Positions 10,909-20,559 of a DNA stretch of 64,000 nt are shown here, piece after piece. Location of the stretch: positions 175,842 through 239,841 of the forward strand of contig CAWIMJ010000057.1 of NCBI GenBank assembly GCA_963837175.1, given 5' to 3'. This DNA comes from an uncultured Nitrososphaeraceae archaeon. GTDB lineage: Archaea > Thermoproteota > Nitrososphaeria > Nitrososphaerales > Nitrososphaeraceae. Each line of letters starts with the position of its first letter. Positions within the stretch are counted from its first letter, which is position 1. A program made the translations under genes and the position numbers. The notes beneath the pieces were generated by a model. That model made no database searches and was not told the DNA's origin. It was given only the letters and a program-made list of their open reading frames with translations.

Positions 10909-12315
10909 TCAAGGAGATTTTAAGCCAATAATATTTTCCTGAGAAAGAGCCTTATCAATTTCTTCTTCTTTCATCAAACCCGTGCTTAAAACTAATTCTT
11001 TTATAGTCTTATTTGCTTTTGATGATTCCTTATATATTTCTGCCGCATTTTTATAACCAATATACGGAGTTAGCAGTGTAACAAGTATTGGGCTTTTTTC
11101 TACATATGACTCCAATTTTTTCCTATTATCCTTTAAACCATCAATCATATTGGACGCGAAAATAGGAAGGAAGTTCTTCAGCATATCTGTCGAATCCAAA
11201 ACACATTTTAACATTCCCGGTAGCATTACATTGAGCTCAAATTGTCCAGCTTGTGCGGCCATTGCCACGGAAACATCATTACCTACTATATTAAAGCAAA
11301 TCATATTAAGACATTCAGCAAGAGAAGGATTGACTTTTCCTGGCATAATAGAAGAACCTGCATGAACTGCAGGTATCAGGATTTCTGCAAAACCAACAAT
11401 TGGCCCTGAGGCCATCAATCTTAAATCATTTGCCATTTTGATCAGCTCTAATGCGAGATTGCGAAGAGCAGAGGAGCAGTTAGCTATATCATATTTGCTC
11501 TGTAAAGAGTAATACATATTTGGAGATGGTTTCAACTCTAAGTGGGAAGTTTTAGAAAGATAATCTATAGCCATCTCCTTATACCCCTTAGGAGCGTTAA
11601 CCCCAGTCCCAACCGCGGTAGCTCCAAGTCCGACGTATTGCAAATCCTCTATGACTTTAATTATCTTTTGTTTTGACTGTCCTAGGGAATAAGCATATTC
11701 TTGAAATTCACTTCCAAGTGTTACAGGTATGGCATCCATCAAATGAGTTCTACCAATCTTTATTATATTGCGGAACTCTTCTGCTTTATTAAATAATGAT
11801 TGAATGAGTTTATCGAGCGCTGATACAGCCTCCTTGATGTTAAATAGGATGGCCACATGCATTGCTGTTGGAAAAGTATCATTGCTCGACTGTGACATAT
11901 TGACATGGTCGTTTGGATTGATTACTTCATATTCTCCTTTTTTATTTCCTAAAATTTCCAATGCTCTGTTTGCAATTACTTCATTTGAATTCATATTAAA
12001 TGCAGTTCCTGCTCCTGAATTTATCGATTCAACAACGAACTGATCAATTAATTTGCCTGAGAGAATCTCTTCACAAGCTCTTATAATTGCATCTGCCTTA
12101 GTTATATCAAGAACATGGAGCGCTTTATTAGCTTGCGCCGCCGACATCTTAATCATTGCATATGCCTTGATAAGATTTAGGTGCGCTCTCTGACCAGTAA
12201 CCTTATAATGCTTCATAGCTCGTGCTGTAAACGGACCAAAATAAGCATCTATTGGAACCCTTATCTCGCCTAATGAATCGGTATCAATTCTAAAACCTGA
12301 CATCTCGCTGGCCAC
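10909..12315 (-). CDS. aspA: Aspartate ammonia-lyase / class II fumarate hydratase family
   Basis: GAGTAFNMNSNEVIANRA, QSSNDTFPT, GRTHLMDA, GSSIMPGKVNP; AspA-like GAGT motif, but FumC activity is not excluded. Confidence 0.8.
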   Translation of the reverse strand: MASEMSGFRIDTDSLGEIRVPIDAYFGPFTARAMKHYKVTGQRAHLNLIKAYAMIKMSAAQANKALHVLDITKADAIIRACEEILSGKLIDQFVVESINSGAGTAFNMNSNEVIANRALEILGNKKGEYEVINPNDHVNMSQSSNDTFPTAMHVAILFNIKEAVSALDKLIQSLFNKAEEFRNIIKIGRTHLMDAIPVTLGSEFQEYAYSLGQSKQKIIKVIEDLQYVGLGATAVGTGVNAPKGYKEMAIDYLSKTSHLELKPSPNMYYSLQSKYDIANCSSALRNLALELIKMANDLRLMASGPIVGFAEILIPAVHAGSSIMPGKVNPSLAECLNMICFNIVGNDVSVAMAAQAGQFELNVMLPGMLKCVLDSTDMLKNFLPIFASNMIDGLKDNRKKLESYVEKSPILVTLLTPYIGYKNAAEIYKESSKANKTIKELVLSTGLMKEEEIDKALSQENIIGLKSP

Positions 12316-12798
12316 TAGTGACGAATCATTAATAAATCAATCGACAGCTATTGTTTTCCATATGCTTGCTTAACCTTCGCCTTTGGTTATGAATAACAAA
12401 TCACAATTTCGGTGCTTGCTTTTCAATAACTATTATGGATGAGTACAAAACAGTCAATGGTGATAATACTTTCACCTGACTTTTTTTTGATGTCATCAGT
12501 TACAGTCTCTTCCAATAGCTTATCAGCCAGTTTGGTTTAAGCGTATCTGAATCCTCACAATCTATCTAGTATTGTAATTTTATTAATGAATTCACTGCTT
12601 TTCCATCTTAATGCTTTGGCAAAGAGGTGAGCAATTTTGTATATCAAAAAATGTCGGCATTGTCTATAGATATCACTTTATTCTCGATAGTTACTTTTAA
12701 GGCGGTGCACATGGATGGATAACCTTTAATTATTCTTGTTTTGTTGTAATAGATTCCAATATTTGGATCAAATCAGCATTTATTTATCAACAATAACT

Positions 12799-13490
12799 GG
12801 CTCTGTTCACTTAACAATAAATCTATAGCTCAAGACGCTCCACTTCCTTGTTATATGGTTATATTAGAAAGAAGTAGAACGCCTTCAAAATATGTTTATT
12901 ATGCATTACACTTATACTTTTCAGGTCTTTCACTAAGGAAAACATCCCAAAATCTAGCTCCATTTATTAAAAGAAATCATGTCTCTATATGGAATTGGAT
13001 TCAGCGGTACAGACCAGAAAAAATATTTCAAAAGAAAAGTATCAGAGTATCTGAATTCATTATAGATGAAACTCTAGTTAAAGCAGGTAATGAATACGTA
13101 TGGCTATGGATTGCAATTGAACCATTAGATAGGAAAATCCTGGGTATTCGTATTTCATATAGAAAGAAACATGCTTATTGCAGAACAATTCCTTCAGAAT
13201 TTAATTAGAAAATATGGAAAACATAGAATATCAACCGACGGTAGTGGTACTTGGTATCAACCTCAAGCCTGCAAATTCCTGAATATGAATCATCATCTTT
13301 ATTCCTCATATGAGAAAAGCATCATCGAAAGAACAATTCAATACATAAAGGATAGAACTGAAAGTTTTGATGATTATTTTCCATGTACTAAAGAGAAATG
13401 TAAATTAAAGCATATAATGAATTGGTTTAATATGTTTGTTAATATGCATAACAAGGAGATTGAAAAAAGATTGTAGTTAACTGAAGAGCC
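12799..13490 (+). mobile_element. IS6-family insertion sequence, 692 bp, with terminal IRs and an 8-bp target site duplication
   Basis: Left IR GGCTCTGTTCACTTAAC (12799-12815); right end GTTAACTGAAGAGCC (13476-13490); CAATAACT at both 12791-12798 and 13491-13498. Confidence 0.92.
12855..13476 (+). pseudogene. IS6-family DDE transposase, frameshifted near 13159
   Basis: HTH (YFSGLSLRK..HVSIWNWIQ), IDET, WLWIAIEP, STDG, IIER motifs across ORFs 12855..13208 and 13171..13476. Confidence 0.88.
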
Positions 13491-13551
13491 CAATAACTAG
13501 ACCAAATGCTTAATTATCAATATAGAACAGGTGTGTATTTGAAGAAAGGAA

Positions 13552-13716
13552 GTGAGCAAAGTTATACTATCTGACAAAAAAGGAATACGACAAATAATAA
13601 TATTTGACGACAGGAATAGCGATGTATTTAGTCAGATGGAGAACAAAATGCTAAAAGACTGTAATAGCGGAATTATAGTAAAACAATGGATTATGGATGA
13701 ATATACAGAAAGCTAA
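13552..13716 (+). CDS. Possible 54-aa small protein
   Basis: GTG start after AAAGGA; MSKVILSDKKGIRQIIIFDD...; below the ORF-track cutoff; no motif. Confidence 0.3.
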   Translation: MSKVILSDKKGIRQIIIFDDRNSDVFSQMENKMLKDCNSGIIVKQWIMDEYTES

Positions 13717-14030
13717 CTTATCTTACAACCCTTGAATAAAACGTCATAGTTTATTTTATGGTAGACTTAATCGCTCTCGCAGATCTATAGCTTAAAAAAT
13801 AGTATGGATAATGAAACCCAGAATTTTAACTTCAATATATTTGAATGAATAAAGTCTTCCTAAAGGCTGTTAAGCATTATAATATTTTTTTGCAATCATC
13901 ACAACTATATATTCTCTAGACGCACTGACTCCATCTACAGTCAGATTTATATTTTTGAGGTTATTTTTACATGAAAATTATAATGCATTTATAAACCACT
14001 AGTTTAATCTACTATAAACAATAGGTCTAC

Positions 14031-14059
14031 ATATATATATATCCCGCCTTTATAAAGGC
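14031..14059 (+). promoter_or_regulatory. tbp promoter: TA run plus perfect 14-bp palindrome GCCTTTATAAAGGC
   Basis: ATATATATATAT at 14031-14042; palindrome at 14046-14059, 8 bp before the tbp ATG. Confidence 0.55.
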
Positions 14060-14067
14060 ATTTTAGT

Positions 14068-14631
14068 ATGCCACAAACTAAGCCTATAGTAAGCATAGAG
14101 AACGTCGTTGCTTCTGCGACTATAAATCAAACGGTAAACTTAAACTTAATCACTCAGATTTTTCCTGACGTTGAATATCATCCGGATCAATTTCCGGGGC
14201 TCGTTTTTAGGTTGAAATCACCTAAGACGGCGACTCTAATTTTTAGTTCTGGCAAGATGGTATGTACGGGAGCAAAGTCTGAAGAGCAAGCCATCAAAGC
14301 AGTAAAAAATGTTGTTGTAAAATTAAAAAAGGGAGGCATCCCAATACAACACGAACCGCAAATAGAAATCCAAAATATCGTCGCCTCTGCGAGCCTCGGT
14401 GGAAAAATCCACCTTGAGCTAGCCGCAAGGGTTCTTCCTCGGAGTATGTATGAGCCTGAACAGTTCCCCGGTCTAATACATAGAATGCTAGATCCCAAGA
14501 CAGTAATATTGTTGTTTGCTAGTGGTAAGTTAGTTTGCACCGGAGCGAAAAAAGAAACCGAGGTATATAGAGCTGTCCATAATCTTCATACATTGTTAGA
14601 AGAGAAAAATTTAATGATTTATGAAGGTTAA
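14068..14631 (+). CDS. tbp: TATA-box binding protein
   Basis: Two repeats NVVAS...YHPDQFPGL...SGKMVCTGAK and NIVAS...YEPEQFPGL...SGKLVCTGAK. Confidence 0.98.
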   Translation: MPQTKPIVSIENVVASATINQTVNLNLITQIFPDVEYHPDQFPGLVFRLKSPKTATLIFSSGKMVCTGAKSEEQAIKAVKNVVVKLKKGGIPIQHEPQIEIQNIVASASLGGKIHLELAARVLPRSMYEPEQFPGLIHRMLDPKTVILLFASGKLVCTGAKKETEVYRAVHNLHTLLEEKNLMIYEG

Positions 14632-15257
14632 TCTGTTTCCAATTCTCGGTCTACTTCTCTTTGATTTATTATTTCCTCTAGCGTACTTCCCTCCAATAGA
14701 CCTTTATCATGCAAAACATTAACTAACTCATTAATCGTCGCTATCGAAATAATTCTCACGCCTATATTCTGTAAGTTCTCTTCTGCTCCTTCAAGCCTAC
14801 TAATAATTGCAACTACATCTTTAACAACAGCGCCATTCTCTCTTATGACTCTGATGGCATTACTCAACGAGGTTCCTGTTGTTGCCACGTCGTCAATTAA
14901 TAACACTTTTTCGCCGGGTCTTAAATATCCTTCTACCATTTTACTTCTGCCATAAGGTTTTGATTCTTTTCTAACATAAACAAGTGGTTTTTGCATTTCA
15001 TAACCTAGTGCAGAGGCAAATATTAGTCCAGATGTTGGAATGGAACCAAGGGAACCAAAATCTGTACCAATTTCTTTGTTTATAGTGTCTCGCAATGCAA
15101 TTATAGCAAGACGGAAATAGTTAGGGAAGCTTTGTAAGATTCTTAGATCAATATAGTAAGGGCTTTGCTTTCCACTTGCTAATGTAAATAGTCCAAATTT
15201 TAATGAATTGGTTTTAAGAAGAAATAATGCCATTTCTGAAACAAAATTAGTCTCCAC
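14628..15257 (-). CDS. pyrE: Orotate phosphoribosyltransferase
   Basis: FTLASGKQSPYYIDLR, RKESKPYG, LLIDDVATTGTS. Confidence 0.95.
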   Translation of the reverse strand: METNFVSEMALFLLKTNSLKFGLFTLASGKQSPYYIDLRILQSFPNYFRLAIIALRDTINKEIGTDFGSLGSIPTSGLIFASALGYEMQKPLVYVRKESKPYGRSKMVEGYLRPGEKVLLIDDVATTGTSLSNAIRVIRENGAVVKDVVAIISRLEGAEENLQNIGVRIISIATINELVNVLHDKGLLEGSTLEEIINQREVDRELETD

Positions 15258-15309
15258 GCTGTCTTTTGTTATGAAAGAGATTTATTTTAACTGATCATCA
15301 ATTACTGGC

Positions 15310-16425
15310 ATGCCAGAAATTTGGTTCAAATACGGTACTACGGATATTGTTCTTGATATTAAATTTGAAAATCTGCTTAAACATGTGTCATCGGACTATC
15401 CGTTGCTAACTGAGGACGAAATTAAATCGGCATTAAAAGATGTCATAATAGGAGAAAATACAATATTTTTGGTGTTATCTGGTTCTAGGGCTATTGCTAA
15501 AATCATTACAATACTTTCTCAAATGGCACAGTCTAAAGGTTACGAAAAGACAGCGGTAGAAGCTTTGTCGAATATCGCAGAACCACTAAGAAGCTACCTT
15601 GCAGATACAAAAATATCTTTAAGGCGAATTGATTCTCTCTCCTTACAAGACAGAATCGATAAATTTCGAAATGTCATTTTTATCTCGCATGTAAATTATG
15701 ATCCTCTATTCGGATTCAACGGTACTCCTACACTAGCATTACGAAATTTTATGAAGGACAAGATGTATGAAGCATTCAAATCTAGACTAGGCAATCTCCC
15801 GGCAGTTGGAGTTAAAGGTACTCCACTTGAAATTGCACTAAGTTATTGCGAAGATATTCCTGCCTTATCTATTGAAGTTGTAGCAAATTATCATGGTATT
15901 GCGGGTATTTATTACGGAAATATTTCACAAAGCTTCAATGATGCAGTTACAAAACTGAGTGCGATTTCCATAACCAATACAGAATCGACCAAATCTGCAA
16001 TTATTAGTGTGAGCAACGAAATCGTTCCACACTTAACTCTTGCAAACTCTCTAAATTCATTATGGAATTCAAGCCACATAGTTAAAGAAGGTGGATCGAT
16101 AGTATTGCTTGCTGAAAATAGACAAGGGATTGGTGGAGGAGCGTTACAAATGTTTATTGAAGGAAAGTTAAAGATAGAAGATGCTAGAACAAGTTCCTCA
16201 TATATAGATGGTTTAGAACACATCCTTTTCATTGAAGCATTGAAACAGAAATATGACCTATGTATCTTATCTTCTATGCCGCAGTATTATCTTAGAACTC
16301 TTGGTTTTACAACATATCGAGGTATGAAAGATATTTTACAAGATTTATTAGCCAAGTATGGGAAACAACATAAAGTTCTAGCAATATCTGATGCTGAAAT
16401 AATATTGTTGAAGGCTATATTGTAG
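15310..16425 (+). CDS. Lactate racemase (LarA)-like domain protein, degenerate
   Basis: FKYG start, DPLFGFNG and VKEGGSIVLLAE..QGIG blocks follow the LarA architecture. Confidence 0.6.
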   Translation: MPEIWFKYGTTDIVLDIKFENLLKHVSSDYPLLTEDEIKSALKDVIIGENTIFLVLSGSRAIAKIITILSQMAQSKGYEKTAVEALSNIAEPLRSYLADTKISLRRIDSLSLQDRIDKFRNVIFISHVNYDPLFGFNGTPTLALRNFMKDKMYEAFKSRLGNLPAVGVKGTPLEIALSYCEDIPALSIEVVANYHGIAGIYYGNISQSFNDAVTKLSAISITNTESTKSAIISVSNEIVPHLTLANSLNSLWNSSHIVKEGGSIVLLAENRQGIGGGALQMFIEGKLKIEDARTSSSYIDGLEHILFIEALKQKYDLCILSSMPQYYLRTLGFTTYRGMKDILQDLLAKYGKQHKVLAISDAEIILLKAIL

Positions 16426-16469
16426 TAAATATCCAATGGCAATAGGATTGTAATTTATCAGATAATTTA

Positions 16470-16639
16470 GCTCATTTGGTATCTATCTACAGAATGCAAG
16501 GTAGAGGAGCAGGTAAAGAATCCAACTGGCTGCCCTCCCCTGAAGGATCATTCGACCTTCTTATGCTCATATATTTGCGACAACTACAGTTCTTAACGGA
16601 ACATGACAACATCCCACAGCACAGCGTACGGCACGATAA
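16470..16639 (+). pseudogene. C-terminal remnant of a DUF1254/DUF1214 protein
   Basis: Across frames SF.IYLQNA / GAGKESNWLPSPEGSF.L...IY / VLNGT*QHPTAQRT; frameshifts plus TGA at the usual Trp; no N-terminal part. Confidence 0.7.
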
Positions 16640-16964
16640 GGATTGTTACTTGTCCATCTTCATTAATGGGGCATAACATGATCTCCAAATGGCAGGTCAA
16701 TACGATCAGCCAATAAAGATCTTCTAAACATTATGATAGACTTTTTTGCATTTTACATCTTCCTCATTTATTATAATTCTTAGCGCCCAGAAGTTCATAT
16801 TTCGGAAATAGAATATAAGTAATGTCAAAGAATTAGTAAGAACGATTGTCTGATCACTAAAAGATTATCCTAATATATATCATTTCATTCTCCCTTTTGC
16901 GTGTAAAAAATCCAGAAGGGAGTATTTCATAAGATTAAATATTTGTTTTGTCATAATCTAATAA

Positions 16965-17462
16965 TTGCAAACGGCACTCCGAAGTGTAGGTGATTATATT
17001 ATTAGACACTGCGAAGAGAGAGATCTTGTATCAGTTATTGAAATTAATATGATCGCTCTTCCAGAACATTATTCTGATTACTTTTTTGAATCTATTCTGA
17101 GAGAGTTACCTGAGGCATTTATCATCGCAGAAATAAATGACAGGATCGTAGGTTATATTATGTGTAAAATTGAATTTGGATTTTCTAATTTTAGAAAATT
17201 AGGATTTGTAAAGAAAGGTCATGTAGTTTCAGTTGCCGTATTACCAGAACACCGTGGGAAAGGATTAGGGAAGGCTTTGATGCTTGAAGGCATTAATGGT
17301 GTCATGAGCCGAAAAAGTGATGAGATTTACCTTGAAGTCAGAAAGAGTAATGAATCAGCGATCAAGATGTACCAAAAGCTTGGTTTTCAAATAAAGTCTA
17401 ACTTACGTACATATTATAGAGATGGAGAAGATGCGTATCTTATGGCTTTAGAATTTGGATGA
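16965..17462 (+). CDS. rimI: N-alpha-acetyltransferase (Ard1/RimI family GNAT)
   Basis: LPEHY, GHVVSVAV..EHRGKGLG, YLEVRKSN, YYRDGEDA. Confidence 0.93.
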   Translation: MQTALRSVGDYIIRHCEERDLVSVIEINMIALPEHYSDYFFESILRELPEAFIIAEINDRIVGYIMCKIEFGFSNFRKLGFVKKGHVVSVAVLPEHRGKGLGKALMLEGINGVMSRKSDEIYLEVRKSNESAIKMYQKLGFQIKSNLRTYYRDGEDAYLMALEFG

Positions 17463-17500
17463 AGAAATCCAATAAATATGAGCTCTGAAATTACTGTCCT

Positions 17501-17719
17501 ATGAAATATAAAAGAAGTGAAACGAAGGTTGCCGGCTATGCTCTCTTGGTTGCTTCTATTCTTGTGTTTATAATTTACGCCTATCTTTTACTTAATACTG
17601 GTTTAGGCATACTAATTCTAGAACTAACCGTCCTTGCCGCGATTGCTGCTTTGCTTGCTGTCTTGGGTTGGATAGGATACACAATGGCGACAGTGCCAGC
17701 ACAGAAAGATGAACTTTGA
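17501..17719 (+). CDS. Small two-helix membrane protein (conserved archaeal type)
   Basis: Two hydrophobic helices ending LGWIGYTMATVP. Confidence 0.75.
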   Translation: MKYKRSETKVAGYALLVASILVFIIYAYLLLNTGLGILILELTVLAAIAALLAVLGWIGYTMATVPAQKDEL

Positions 17720-17726
17720 TGCGTCA

Positions 17727-18569
17727 TCAACTTATATAGACATCAGATACTATCTGATATAGCCTTGGACCCACTTCTCTAACTACTCTTGTATCGAGGG
17801 TTTCATGTTTATATTTATTGAATGCAGCGCCTATGTTAAATTCGGCATTTTCTCGGGCAAGATTCTTGGCATTAGCTCTTATATGTGCAAAAAAATGAAT
17901 AACTCCTCTTCCACCCTTTAATGCCAGTACCGCCGAATCCACGAATTCATCAGATCTTTCTGGTAATGGCATCAAGACCCTATTGCATAGGCCTTGGATC
18001 TTATTGTGAATAATATCTTTAGCATTTCCGCAAATGGGCAATACTTTATCTTGAACTCCATTTAATTTAGTATTGATTATAGACATTTCATGGGCAAAAG
18101 GATTAGAATCGATACTATAAACTTTACACGTCTTGTTCATCTTTGCAATTATAATAGAAAATGTTCCTACCCCTGCAAACATATTTGTAATAACCTCATT
18201 ATCAGAGATGAGCTTTGCGATTCGCAATCTTTCAGTCGATAACCTAGGAGAAAAATATGTATTTTGTATATCCACTCGAAACCTACATCCGTGTTCTCTA
18301 TATTCAGTTATTGTATTATATTCGCCAGCAATAAATTCGAGGCCACGTATTCTATAATCTCCTTGAACTGCAGTGGTTTGTGTAAAAACAGATTTTGCCG
18401 GCTTGACATTCTGAAGAATTCTCTTACCTATTATTTGTTTTTTTTCCTTTAAAGAATCAGGGATTTTTACTATTACGATACTGCCTATCACATCGAAGGC
18501 CGAATAGACTAGAGATATTTCGTCAGGTGTTAATTCTTCACTTAAAATTTTTTTAAGAAGATGACCCAT
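17727..18569 (-). CDS. Trm5/Taw2-family SAM-dependent tRNA modification enzyme
   Basis: AFDVIGSI, YFSPRLSTER, NMFAGVGTFS, RVLMPLP. Confidence 0.88.
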   Translation of the reverse strand: MGHLLKKILSEELTPDEISLVYSAFDVIGSIVIVKIPDSLKEKKQIIGKRILQNVKPAKSVFTQTTAVQGDYRIRGLEFIAGEYNTITEYREHGCRFRVDIQNTYFSPRLSTERLRIAKLISDNEVITNMFAGVGTFSIIIAKMNKTCKVYSIDSNPFAHEMSIINTKLNGVQDKVLPICGNAKDIIHNKIQGLCNRVLMPLPERSDEFVDSAVLALKGGRGVIHFFAHIRANAKNLARENAEFNIGAAFNKYKHETLDTRVVREVGPRLYQIVSDVYIS

Positions 18570-18572
18570 TGT

Positions 18573-20387
18573 CTAGCTAGAGGATTTATTTACGAAATAA
18601 TAATCACCGGTACTTTTTTGGGTTCGATCTAGTCTACCTCCTTCTTTATTAAGCCGGGGTCTGCCAGTAACATCGTCTCTTCTGTATGTAATAGCTAAAG
18701 TTTTCAAGAAATGATTCATTCCATTCTCTTTGTTCATTGGATTGCTAGTCGATCCTTTTATAGATGGAATACCTTCGAAAATTACTAAGGTGTCAGCTAC
18801 TATATCTATTAACTGCATATCGTGATCTATTATTACTGCCGATTTACCTTGTGATCTGACGAAACGCTGAATGAATTTTGCCAGTGTGATTCTATCTTCC
18901 ACGTCTAGGAAGGCAGACGGTTCGTCCAATGCATAAATATCGGCCTGTCTCATCAATGATGCGGCTATGGCTACCTTTTGTAATTCCCCTCCACTAAGAT
19001 TTTTGACATTTTTATCGTATAATTTCTTTATTCCCATTGGAATTAAAATTTGCTCCTCCACAGGAGAACCTTCTATCGCATTCTGATATGCAGTATATAA
19101 TAAAGAGCGCACGTCTCCGTCATAATCTTGGTTAAGATATTGAGGTTTAAATGAAATTCTTGCGCCAACGTCAATAGTGCCAGACTCTGGTTTGTCTATT
19201 CCTGCTAGCATTTTCATGAATGTTGTCTTACCCAATGCGTTGGCACCGATTATTCCAACAATTTCTCCTTGACGTATTTTACCTGCAGATATTTTGAGAT
19301 CAAATGATGGAAAAGACTTTGTTATATTCGTATAATGAGAGAGAGGAACGTCCATAATCATATCGTCAATTGAACTTCTTATATCGAATCTGAAGGATTT
19401 CTCTCTAAATCGTACATTTTCGGCAGGGAGAAATCCTTCAAGGAAGTTATTAATGCCTAGTTTTGTACTTTGAACTCGAGAGACAATACCGTATGCGCCC
19501 GGCTCGCCGTATAGAATATGAATATAATCTGAAAGATAATCTAATAATGTCATATCGTGTTCTACCACCATAACACTCTTACCCTGTCGTGAGAGATCTT
19601 GAATCACTCTACTGACGGCGAGTCTTTGGTAGACATCGTTGTATGAAGATGGTTCGTCGAAGAAGTAATAGTCAGCGTCCTTTGCAGATGCTACCGCAAC
19701 AGCCAACCTTTGCAATTCGCCTCCGCTTAATTCATTAACATTTCGTTCAAGAGAATTTTTCAGTCCAAGTTCTTCTACCAGAGTATCTGTCACTTTACGT
19801 TCGTCATATTTTTTCAATAACTCTTTTGCACTTCCCTTAAATGCTTTTGGAATAAGATAAACTAATTGAGGTTTGATCGACGCACGTATGCTACCGTTCG
19901 CAATTCTCTCAAAATATGATTTTAATTCGGTACCTTGAAAATACTTGAGAATATCGTTCCAGTTAGCCTTGCAGTCATAATTTCCCAAATTAGGCTGAAT
20001 ATTTCCTGATAAAATATTTACTATAGTTGACTTACCTATTCCGTTTCTTCCAAGCAAACCTACGACTGCGCCTTTTTTTGGTGTTGGAAGACGGTATAGT
20101 CTGAAAGAATTAACACCATATTGATGAATCTTATCTTGGCTTAACTCCTTTGCGAGATTAACAATAACTATCGCGTCAAATGGACATTTTTTTATACATA
20201 TGCCGCAGCCAGTACATAGGTCCTCTGAAATTAATGCCTTTCCATCTTCAGGACGCTGTACTATACATTCTCCACCTGTTTTATTTACTGGACAGTAGAT
20301 AATGCATTCCAATCCGCATTTTTTAGGCTGGCATAATTCTTGGTCTAGAACAGCCACTCTATGTGTTGACTCTGTTGAATTTCCCAA
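18573..20387 (-). CDS. rli1: Ribosome recycling ATPase ABCE1 (RNase L inhibitor)
   Basis: N-terminal 2x[4Fe-4S] Cys motifs; two ABC domains (GRNGIGKS, GANALGKT, LSGGELQ). Confidence 0.97.
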   Translation of the reverse strand: MGNSTESTHRVAVLDQELCQPKKCGLECIIYCPVNKTGGECIVQRPEDGKALISEDLCTGCGICIKKCPFDAIVIVNLAKELSQDKIHQYGVNSFRLYRLPTPKKGAVVGLLGRNGIGKSTIVNILSGNIQPNLGNYDCKANWNDILKYFQGTELKSYFERIANGSIRASIKPQLVYLIPKAFKGSAKELLKKYDERKVTDTLVEELGLKNSLERNVNELSGGELQRLAVAVASAKDADYYFFDEPSSYNDVYQRLAVSRVIQDLSRQGKSVMVVEHDMTLLDYLSDYIHILYGEPGAYGIVSRVQSTKLGINNFLEGFLPAENVRFREKSFRFDIRSSIDDMIMDVPLSHYTNITKSFPSFDLKISAGKIRQGEIVGIIGANALGKTTFMKMLAGIDKPESGTIDVGARISFKPQYLNQDYDGDVRSLLYTAYQNAIEGSPVEEQILIPMGIKKLYDKNVKNLSGGELQKVAIAASLMRQADIYALDEPSAFLDVEDRITLAKFIQRFVRSQGKSAVIIDHDMQLIDIVADTLVIFEGIPSIKGSTSNPMNKENGMNHFLKTLAITYRRDDVTGRPRLNKEGGRLDRTQKSTGDYYFVNKSSS

Positions 20388-20559
20388 TGTAATATGCTTA
20401 GTTTTGCAATAATATATTATAATCCTTGTGCAGGAAATAGAAGAATTTCTTCTGAAAAGTGCAAAAAGGTTCTTATTGTAATCTGCTATGTTGATATATA
20501 TAGATATTTGGTATACAATATACCTCCAAGTTTATATTTTATTTTGACCAATATTCTTT

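Noticed and set aside
12340-12430. Degenerate C2H2-like reading on the minus strand (CDLLF...LSKHM)
   Set aside because: Needs a frameshift and lacks two ligands; not distinguishable from chance.
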